DNA of 64,000 nucleotides from contig CAJOIU010000006.1 in assembly GCA_905234855.1 (NCBI GenBank), positions 1,893 to 65,892 of the forward strand, in the 5' to 3' direction. The position numbers and the translations under genes were made by a program. Positions within the stretch are counted from its first letter, which is position 1, and each line of letters starts with the position of its first letter. The notes beneath the pieces were generated by a model that made no database searches, was not told where the DNA came from, and saw only the letters and a list, made by a program, of their open reading frames with translations. This document shows positions 33,234 through 40,602 of the stretch, in pieces. This stretch comes from an uncultured Oscillospiraceae bacterium. GTDB lineage: Bacteria > Bacillota > Clostridia > Oscillospirales > Oscillospiraceae.

Positions 33234-34445
33234 ATGAAAAAGATTCTTGCGCTGCTTCTTGCCATGTGCATGGTCTTCGCGCTGTGCGCCTGCAGCGGCT
33301 CCAACACCGCTGCGCCCGCCGCTGAAGAGCCTGCGCCCGCCGCTGAGGAACCGGCTGCCGCCGAAGAGCCTGCGGCTGAAGAACCCGCCGCCGAAGAGCC
33401 CGCCGCCGAGGAGGCCGGCTTCTCCGTCGCCATGATCACCGACTACGGCGACATCACCGACCAGTCCTTCAACCAGACCACCTACGAGGCCTGCAAGGAG
33501 TACTGCGAGGCGAACGGTATCGACTTCAAGTACTACAAGCCCGCTTCCGACTCCGACGCTGACCGCGTCACTATGATCGAGAACGCCATCGACGAGGGCT
33601 ACACCGTCATCGTGATGCCCGGCTTCGCCTTCGCTCCCGCGATTGCCGCCACCGCGCCCGAGTATGACGACATCACCTTCATCGCGCTGGACGTTTCCGA
33701 GTATGACCTCACCTCCGCCGGTCTCGAGGAGCTCCCCGCGAACCTCTACTCCGCCGTGTATCAGGAAGAGCTCTGCGGCTACATGGCCGGCTATGCGGCT
33801 GTGAAGCTCGGCTACACGCAGCTCGGCTTCCTCGGCGGCATGGCCGTTCCCGCGGTCGTCCGCTATGGCTATGGCTTCGTTCAGGGCGCTGACGCCGCGG
33901 CTGCCGAGATCGGCGCCGAGAACGTTTCCATCAACTACGCTTACGGCAACCAGTTCTTCGGCGACGCGGACATCACCGCCGCTATGGACACTTGGTACGC
34001 CGGCGGCACCGAGATCGTCTTTGCCTGCGGCGGCGGCATCTACACCTCTGTCGGCGAGGCCGCCGCGAAGGCAGACGGCAAGGTCATCGGTGTTGACGTC
34101 GATCAGGCCGGCATCATCGACGGCGCTTACGGTGAGGGCATGACCGTCACCTCCGCCATGAAGGGTCTGGCCGCCACGGTCAAGGCTATGCTCACCGCTG
34201 TCAGCGAGGGCAGCTTCGAGGGCGGCAAGGTCGAGAACCTCGGACTCGTGTCCACTGTTCCCGAGGAGAACTTCGTCCAGCTCGCCGGCTCCACCCAGTT
34301 CGGCGACGGCTTCACGCAGGATGACTATGTGGCGCTTGTCGGCGCTATGTTCAGCGGCGATGTCACCGTTGACAACAACATCGATGCTTCTGCCGCCGAT
34401 TTCGCCACCGTCATTACGGTGAATGATCTGGGCAACATCAAGTAA
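33234..34445 (+). CDS. BMP-family (PnrA/Med-like) nucleoside-binding lipoprotein of an ABC transporter
   Basis: MKKILALLLAMCMVFALCAC lipobox and an Ala/Glu/Pro linker. VAMITDYGDITDQSFNQ and the later PGFAF/GGGIYTS regions are typical of the BMP family. Confidence 0.85.
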   Translation: MKKILALLLAMCMVFALCACSGSNTAAPAAEEPAPAAEEPAAAEEPAAEEPAAEEPAAEEAGFSVAMITDYGDITDQSFNQTTYEACKEYCEANGIDFKYYKPASDSDADRVTMIENAIDEGYTVIVMPGFAFAPAIAATAPEYDDITFIALDVSEYDLTSAGLEELPANLYSAVYQEELCGYMAGYAAVKLGYTQLGFLGGMAVPAVVRYGYGFVQGADAAAAEIGAENVSINYAYGNQFFGDADITAAMDTWYAGGTEIVFACGGGIYTSVGEAAAKADGKVIGVDVDQAGIIDGAYGEGMTVTSAMKGLAATVKAMLTAVSEGSFEGGKVENLGLVSTVPEENFVQLAGSTQFGDGFTQDDYVALVGAMFSGDVTVDNNIDASAADFATVITVNDLGNIK

Positions 34446-34458
34446 AAAACCTCTTGCA

Positions 34459-34488
34459 GCAGGCGCGGCTCCGGCCGCGCCTGTTTTT
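34459..34488 (+). terminator. intrinsic terminator between the binding-protein gene and the ATPase gene
   Basis: caggcgcggc-tccg-gccgcgcctg followed by T6. Confidence 0.85.
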
Positions 34489-34521
34489 TGCCCGGATCGT
34501 CGAAAACATAACGTTTTTTCT

Positions 34522-34550
34522 TTGCGTTATACGGAAAAGTATAGTATACT
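34522..34550 (+). promoter_or_regulatory. internal promoter ahead of the ATPase gene
   Basis: TTGCGT, 17 nt, TATACT. Confidence 0.5.
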
Positions 34551-34586
34551 GTTTAACAAGAACTAAAACAGGGGAGGGATGTCGAT

Positions 34587-36125
34587 TTGGAAGCGCCGTA
34601 TGCGATCGAAATGCTGAACATCACGAAGCGTTTTCCCGGTATCGTCGCCAATGACAACATCACGCTGCAGCTCAAAAAGGGCGAGATCCACGCGCTCCTC
34701 GGTGAAAACGGCGCGGGAAAGTCCACGCTTATGAGCGTGCTTTTCGGCCTGTATCAGCCGGAGGAGGGCGTCATCAAAAAGGACGGCGAGGTCGTGGAGA
34801 TCCGCGACCCGAACGACGCCAACGCTTTGGGCATCGGCATGGTCCACCAGCACTTCAAGCTCGTGGAATGCTTCACCGTGCTCGACAACATCATCATGGG
34901 CGTGGAGCCGACGAAATACGGCTTCCTCCAGAAGAAGGAGGCGCGGGAGAAGGTCCTTGCCCTCTCGGAGAAATACGGCCTGCGCGTCGATCCCGACGCC
35001 CTCATCGAGGATATCACCGTCGGCATGCAGCAGCGCACGGAGATCCTCAAAATGCTCTACCGCGAAAACGAGATCCTCATCTTCGACGAGCCCACCGCCG
35101 TGCTGACGCCGCAGGAGATCGTGGAGCTCATGCAGATCATGAAAAACCTCGCCGCGGAGGGCAAGAGCATCCTCTTCATCTCCCATAAGCTCGCCGAGAT
35201 CATGGCCGTGGCCGATCGCTGCACCGTTCTGCGCAAGGGCAAATACATCGGCACCGTAGAGACGAAAAACTCCTCCATGGAGGAGCTTTCCGCCATGATG
35301 GTGGGTCGGGACGTGAACTTCCATGTGGAGAAAAAGCCCGCCCAGCCCGGCGATACGGTGTTGGAGATCGAGCACATGTCCGTCGCCTCCAAGCTGCATA
35401 AGAAGGACGCCGTCCACGATGTTTCCCTCAAGGTCCGTAAGGGCGAGATCGTATGCATCGCGGGCATCGACGGCAACGGTCAATCGGAGTTCGTCTACGG
35501 TCTGACCGGCCTCGAACCCCTTACCGGCGGCCGCATCCTCTTCGAAGGGCAGGATATCACCCGCGCGCCCATCCGCCAGCGCAGCGTGAAGGGCATGAGC
35601 CATATCCCCGAGGATCGCCACAAGCACGGCCTCGTGCTCGATTATACGCTGGAGGACAACCTTGTGCTGCAGCGGTATTTCGAGCCTGAATTTACAAGCA
35701 AGACCGGCTTCCTGCGGCGGGACAATATCCGCAGCTATGCCGAGCGGCTCATCGAGGATTATGACGTCCGCTCCGGACAAGGCCCCGTCACGATGGCGCG
35801 CGCCATGTCCGGCGGCAACCAACAGAAGGCTATCATCGCCCGCGAGATCGACAAAGACCCCGAGCTTCTCGTTGCGGTGCAGCCGACGCGCGGCCTCGAT
35901 GTCGGCGCGATCGAATTTGTCCACAAAAAGCTCGTGGAGCAGCGCGACGCCGGCAAGGCTGTCCTGCTCATCAGTCTCGAGCTGGATGAGGTCATGGATG
36001 TGCCCGACCGCATCCTCGTCATGTACGAGGGCGAGATCGTCGGCGAGCTCGACCCGAAGAAGACCACCGAGGATGAGCTCGGCCTCTATATGGCCGGCGC
36101 CAAGAGAGACGAGGTGAGCGCATGA
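34587..36125 (+). CDS. ABC transporter ATP-binding protein, tandem ATPase domains (sugar/nucleoside type)
   Basis: TTG start after GGGGAGGGA. Walker A GENGAGKST, an LSGGNQQK-type signature, and a second domain with GIDGNGQSE. Confidence 0.9.
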   Translation: MEAPYAIEMLNITKRFPGIVANDNITLQLKKGEIHALLGENGAGKSTLMSVLFGLYQPEEGVIKKDGEVVEIRDPNDANALGIGMVHQHFKLVECFTVLDNIIMGVEPTKYGFLQKKEAREKVLALSEKYGLRVDPDALIEDITVGMQQRTEILKMLYRENEILIFDEPTAVLTPQEIVELMQIMKNLAAEGKSILFISHKLAEIMAVADRCTVLRKGKYIGTVETKNSSMEELSAMMVGRDVNFHVEKKPAQPGDTVLEIEHMSVASKLHKKDAVHDVSLKVRKGEIVCIAGIDGNGQSEFVYGLTGLEPLTGGRILFEGQDITRAPIRQRSVKGMSHIPEDRHKHGLVLDYTLEDNLVLQRYFEPEFTSKTGFLRRDNIRSYAERLIEDYDVRSGQGPVTMARAMSGGNQQKAIIAREIDKDPELLVAVQPTRGLDVGAIEFVHKKLVEQRDAGKAVLLISLELDEVMDVPDRILVMYEGEIVGELDPKKTTEDELGLYMAGAKRDEVSA

Positions 36126-37264
36126 AGAAAAATCTGCTGAAAAACAACGCCGTGCAGTCTTTGATCGCTTCGCTGATCTGCATCGTGCTGGGGCTTTTCC
36201 TCGGCTATATCGTGCTGCTGTTCATCAATCCCAGCGGCGCCGGCGGCGCGATCCTCGCCGTCATCAAAAACTTCCTGAACTCCACCCGGGCCAACCTCCG
36301 GATGAAAAACTTCGGCAACACCCTCGTAAAGACCGCTCCGCTGCTCATGTGCTCACTGAGCGTGCTGTTTGCTTATAAGGTCGGCCTGTTCAACATCGGC
36401 GCGGCGGGGCAGTATGTGGCCGGAAGCTGCGCCTGCCTCATCGCCGCCCTCGGCTGGGGCTGGGGCTGGCTGCCCTGCCTGCTGTTTGCCTGCGTCGTCG
36501 GCGCTGTCTACGGCGCTGTCGTCGGGCTTCTGAAGGCCTATTGCAACGTGAACGAGGTCATCTCCGGCATCATGCTCAACTGGATCGGCCTGTATACGAC
36601 CAATATGATCCTCGCCAGCGTGAAGGAATCGACCAGTAACTACACCCTCCATGTGGCAAACGAGGCGCCGCAGGCCATCCTGCCCTCGCTCGGTCTCGGC
36701 AAGCTCTTCAACAACAACCAGTACATCACCCTTGCGATCCCCCTGTCCATCCTGCTGGCCATCGCCATCATGATCGTGCTGGACAAGACGAAATTCGGCT
36801 ATGAGCTGAAGGCCACGGGCGGCAACAAAAACGCCGCGAAATACGCGGGCATGGCGGAGAAGCGCAATATCATCCTCACCCTCATGATCGCCGGCGCGCT
36901 GGCGGCCTTGGGCGGCGCGTTCCTCTATCAGACCGACTATGAGCAGTGGTCGGTGACCCAGTCCTCCGTGCCGGGCATGGGCTTCAACGGCATCGCCGCC
37001 GCCTTCCTCGGCGGGCTGAACCCCATCGGCACCATCTTCGCCTCGTATTTCATCCAGCACATCACAAACGGCGGCGCGTATGTGGATCTGACGAAGTATT
37101 CGTCCCAGATATCCGATCTCATCTCGTCCATCATCATCTATCTGTGCGGCTTCGTGCTGTTCATCAAATACGCCATCAACACCGGCATCGCCAGACGGGA
37201 GGAAAAGCAGGCCCGCAAAGTGCAGGCGGAAGCCGCTGAAACCGAGAAAGGAGGCGATGCGTAA
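36122..37264 (+). CDS. ABC transporter permease (BMP-associated)
   Basis: ATGA overlap with the ATPase gene. Polytopic. Confidence 0.85.
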   Translation: MKKNLLKNNAVQSLIASLICIVLGLFLGYIVLLFINPSGAGGAILAVIKNFLNSTRANLRMKNFGNTLVKTAPLLMCSLSVLFAYKVGLFNIGAAGQYVAGSCACLIAALGWGWGWLPCLLFACVVGAVYGAVVGLLKAYCNVNEVISGIMLNWIGLYTTNMILASVKESTSNYTLHVANEAPQAILPSLGLGKLFNNNQYITLAIPLSILLAIAIMIVLDKTKFGYELKATGGNKNAAKYAGMAEKRNIILTLMIAGALAALGGAFLYQTDYEQWSVTQSSVPGMGFNGIAAAFLGGLNPIGTIFASYFIQHITNGGAYVDLTKYSSQISDLISSIIIYLCGFVLFIKYAINTGIARREEKQARKVQAEAAETEKGGDA

Positions 37265-38205
37265 TGCTGCTTCTCATCCAGTACACGCTGATATTCTCCT
37301 CCGTCCTTCTGCTGGTGGCGCTGGGCGGCTGCTTCTCGGAGCATTCGGGCGTCATCAACCTCGGCCTCGAGGGCATCATGGTCATCGGCGCCCTCGGCGG
37401 CGCGCTCATGATGCGGTTCGTGCCGCTGACGGTATCGCCCTTTGTGATGGTGGTGCTCGTGATCCTCGGAGCGGTGGTGCTGGGCGTGGCATATTCCACC
37501 CTGCTGGGCGTGGCGTGCATCAACCTGAAGGCCGATCAAACCATCGTCGGCACCGCCATGAACATGCTCGGCACCGCGGCTGCCACCGTTTTCGTCAAGG
37601 CCATCAACACCGCCGCGAACCCAGACGATGTGTCCTCCACCATCCAGTATGCCGAGGCGAAAAAGGCCTTCCTTGTGAACATCGGCGGCTTCGAGTTCAA
37701 CTGGTTCATGCTCATCGCGGTCATCGCGCTGGCGATCGCCTACGTCACCCTGTATAAGACAAAATTCGGCCTGCGCCTCATGGCCTGCGGCGAGCATCCG
37801 CAGGCGGCGGACAGCGTCGGCATCAACGTCTATAAGATGCGCTGGGCGGGCGTTCTCATCTCCGGCGTATACGGCGGTCTCGGCGGCATCTGCTACATCC
37901 TTGCGGGCGTGTCCGAATGGCGCTTCGAAAACGGCGTGGCCGGCTTCGGCTTCCTCGCCCTCGCGGTCATGATCTTCGGCCAATGGAAGCCCACCCGCAT
38001 CGCGCTGGCGGCGCTGCTGTTCGGCCTGTTCCGGGCGCTTTCGAACGTGTATTTCGGCTTCGATTTCCTTGTATCGCTGAATATCCCCGGCTCGATCTAC
38101 AACATGATGCCGTATGTCATCTCCCTGCTCGTTCTTGCCTTCACCTCGAAAAACTCCCGGGCGCCGAAGGCCGAGGGCATCCCCTATGACAAGGGTCAGC
38201 GATAG
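37264..38205 (+). CDS. ABC transporter permease (BMP-associated)
   Basis: TAATG overlap with the upstream permease gene. Polytopic. Confidence 0.85.
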   Translation: MLLLIQYTLIFSSVLLLVALGGCFSEHSGVINLGLEGIMVIGALGGALMMRFVPLTVSPFVMVVLVILGAVVLGVAYSTLLGVACINLKADQTIVGTAMNMLGTAAATVFVKAINTAANPDDVSSTIQYAEAKKAFLVNIGGFEFNWFMLIAVIALAIAYVTLYKTKFGLRLMACGEHPQAADSVGINVYKMRWAGVLISGVYGGLGGICYILAGVSEWRFENGVAGFGFLALAVMIFGQWKPTRIALAALLFGLFRALSNVYFGFDFLVSLNIPGSIYNMMPYVISLLVLAFTSKNSRAPKAEGIPYDKGQR

Positions 38206-38224
38206 TCCCCGATCCCCCTACAAA

Positions 38225-38257
38225 AAACGTGCCGCGGGCCATTTCCGCGGCACGTTT
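38225..38257. terminator. bidirectional terminator
   Basis: 13-bp stem aaacgtgccgcgg / ccgcggcacgttt, flanked by an A-run and T-runs. Confidence 0.8.
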
Positions 38258-38271
38258 CCGTTTTCTTTCCT

Positions 38272-38379
38272 TTATGCGATCTTTCCGTATTTCTGTCCGG
38301 CGGCGACGAGCAGACCCAGCGCCGCGGTGGTGAGAGCGGCCGTAAGGCCGAGGCCGAGCATGACCATTTTGAGCTTCAT
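38272..38379 (-). CDS. 35-aa hydrophobic peptide (not in the ORF track)
   Basis: MKLKMVMLGLGLTAALTTAALGLLVAAGQKYGKIA. The ATG overlaps the kinase stop (ATGA), and GGAGG lies 7 nt upstream within the kinase 3' end. Confidence 0.35.
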   Translation of the reverse strand: MKLKMVMLGLGLTAALTTAALGLLVAAGQKYGKIA

Positions 38380-39281
38380 GATGCACCTCCAAATTCATCC
38401 GAGAGTGTGGAAAGCTTTCCTGCGACCGCGCCGGTCTCCGTCATGGTGACGGCGGCGGCGCGCATCCCCAACGCGGCACAGCGCCGCGCCTCCAGTCCGT
38501 AAGCCAGTCCCACGGCAAAGGCCGCCGTGAGGCTGTCCCCCGCGCCGGTTGTATCCTCGATGGGAACCGTCAGCGCCGGTTCCCGGCAGAGGCAGCCGTT
38601 TTCGGCGCATAAAACGCCCTCCGCGCCAAGGGAGATCACCGCGCGCTTCACCCCGGCGTCCAGCAGCGCCGCAGCACAGGCCTCCGGCTCGATGCGGCCG
38701 GTAAGCATCTCCGCCTCCATGCGGTTGGCCTTGAGGGTATGGAGCCGGGGCAGGATCTCCCGCAGCCGCCCGCATTTCACGGCAGAAACACAGTCGGCCG
38801 CAATGGGCGCGCCCGCTCCTTCCGCCAGTGCCCGCAGCGCCTCCGGGGGAAGGTTCGCGTCCGCCGCGATGGCGTCGAACCCATTCAGCAGCGGCAGGAT
38901 CTCGGCGATATACGCCCTGTCGATCCGCTCGGTGAGGCGCATATCGTTCACTGCGGCGGCCATATCGCCGCCCTTGCCGCTGATATAAAGATAGCGGTTG
39001 TTCTCCGCCGACTCCCAGCGGCAGCCGGAGATAGCCACGCCGAACCGCGCCGCGTCGCGCCGGATCTCCGCCTCATGGGCGTCCGCGCCGAGGACGGAGA
39101 AAAACGCCGTCTCCGCGCCGAGGCTCGCGCAGTCCCGCGCGATATTCCAGCCCACGCCTCCGAGGGACACGCGAACCCGCCCCGGGATGGAATCCCCCGG
39201 CCGGAAGGCGGCCTCGGGGATGCCGCCGATATCCACGTTCAGCGCGCCTACAACGGCGACTTTTCTTTTTCGCGTTTTCAT
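38376..39281 (-). CDS. PfkB-family kinase, pseudouridine/ribokinase-like
   Basis: VAVVGALNVDIGG, GGVGWNIARD and the C-terminal DTTGAGDS anion-hole motif. Confidence 0.8.
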   Translation of the reverse strand: MKTRKRKVAVVGALNVDIGGIPEAAFRPGDSIPGRVRVSLGGVGWNIARDCASLGAETAFFSVLGADAHEAEIRRDAARFGVAISGCRWESAENNRYLYISGKGGDMAAAVNDMRLTERIDRAYIAEILPLLNGFDAIAADANLPPEALRALAEGAGAPIAADCVSAVKCGRLREILPRLHTLKANRMEAEMLTGRIEPEACAAALLDAGVKRAVISLGAEGVLCAENGCLCREPALTVPIEDTTGAGDSLTAAFAVGLAYGLEARRCAALGMRAAAVTMTETGAVAGKLSTLSDEFGGAS

Positions 39282-39338
39282 GCTATTATAATAGCCGTTT
39301 TCAAAATCTTTTGCAAGGCATATCCGGGAGGAAGAGAC

Positions 39339-39905
39339 ATGTCGGACAAAAAGCATCCCCCCGGGCTGTATTGGGAGCTGTTCCGCGCGTTTTTCCGCGT
39401 GGGCATCCTCACCTTCGGCGGCGGCTATGCCATGCTGCCCATCCTGCGCCGGGAGGTCGTGGAGTCCCACGGCTGGTGCAGCGACGAGGAGCTGGCAGAT
39501 TATTACGCCATCGGCCAATGCACGCCCGGCATCATCGCGGTGAATACCGCCACCTTCATCGGTTATAAGCTTGCAGGCATCCCCGGCGGCGTTTTCGCCA
39601 CCTTCAGCCTGACGCTGCCGAGCTTTATCATTATCCTCATCATCGCCGCCGTATTACAGAATTTTGCCGATTACGCGGTGGTGAAAAACGCCTTCGCGGG
39701 CATCCGCGTGGCGGTGGTGGCGCTCATCTTGAACGCGGTGCTGAAGCTTTTGAAGTCCTCCGTGACAGATAAGCTGACGCTGTGCATTTTCCTCCTCGTG
39801 CTGCTGCTGGCGGCGAGCCTTTCCGTTTCGCCGGTGATCTTCGTGCTGGCAGCGGGCTTGGCGGGCATCCTCGCCCGGACATGGAAGGAGGCGGGGCGGA
39901 AATGA
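39339..39905 (+). CDS. chromate-transporter (CHR) family protein, short-chain half 1
   Basis: FGGGYAMLPILRREVV...GQCTPGIIAVNTATFIGY. Confidence 0.85.
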   Translation: MSDKKHPPGLYWELFRAFFRVGILTFGGGYAMLPILRREVVESHGWCSDEELADYYAIGQCTPGIIAVNTATFIGYKLAGIPGGVFATFSLTLPSFIIILIIAAVLQNFADYAVVKNAFAGIRVAVVALILNAVLKLLKSSVTDKLTLCIFLLVLLLAASLSVSPVIFVLAAGLAGILARTWKEAGRK

Positions 39906-40477
39906 TCTATCTGCGGCTTTTCTGGGAGTTTTTCAAAACCGGCCTGTTTGCCGTGGGCGGCGGCCTCGCCACGCTGCCGTTTCTCTATGACATGGGCGCG
40001 CGCACGGGCTGGTTCACGGCGCAGCAGGTGGCCGATATGCTGGCCGTTTCCGAATCCACGCCCGGCCCCATCGGCATCAACATGGCGGTCTATACCGGCT
40101 ATACCGCCGCGGGCATCCTCGGCAGCGTCTGTGCCATCGTGGGGCTTGTGCTGCCCAGCATCGTCATCATCATGCTGGTAGCGGCCTTTCTGAAGGCCTT
40201 CCGGGACAATCGCTATGTAGACGGCGCGTTTTACGGCATCCGCCCCGCCTCCACCGGCCTCATCGCCGCCGCCGGACTGACCGTGGCGGCGGGAGCGCTG
40301 CTGAACCTCGAAGCATGGCAGGGCATATCCCGCTTCTGGACGGTACTCCGATGGCCTGCGATCCTGCTCGCCATAATCACGGTGGCCGTGAACCGAAAAT
40401 TCCCCAAGCTCCATCCCGTTTTCCTCATTGCGGGCTGCGCCGTGATCGGCGCGGTGTTCCGCTTCGGCGGTGCTTGA
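39902..40477 (+). CDS. chromate-transporter (CHR) family protein, short-chain half 2
   Basis: ATGA overlap with the upstream half. VGGGLATLPFLYDM...SESTPGPIGINMAVYTGY. Confidence 0.85.
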   Translation: MIYLRLFWEFFKTGLFAVGGGLATLPFLYDMGARTGWFTAQQVADMLAVSESTPGPIGINMAVYTGYTAAGILGSVCAIVGLVLPSIVIIMLVAAFLKAFRDNRYVDGAFYGIRPASTGLIAAAGLTVAAGALLNLEAWQGISRFWTVLRWPAILLAIITVAVNRKFPKLHPVFLIAGCAVIGAVFRFGGA

Positions 40478-40515
40478 CGGCGCCGCCTTTTTTCGTGCTT
40501 TCCGCCGCTTCGCCG

Positions 40516-40543
40516 TTGCGTTTCTCGCATTTTATGCTATAAT
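40516..40543 (+). promoter_or_regulatory. promoter of the envelope-modification locus
   Basis: TTGCGT, 16 nt, TGcTATAAT (extended -10), about 60 nt upstream of yfhO. Confidence 0.55.
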
Positions 40544-40602
40544 AATAAATTGAGTAATTATGGAAACTGTTTCATTCCCGGCGGAAGGAGGCACGGATCG
40601 CC

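Noticed and set aside
33290-33420. Reiterated GCC/GAA/GAG/CCT-rich DNA in the BMP lipoprotein gene as a tandem DNA repeat
   Set aside because: It encodes an Ala/Glu/Pro linker (AAEEP-like units) with imperfect, variable-length units. This is ordinary low-complexity linker sequence, not a discrete repeat element.
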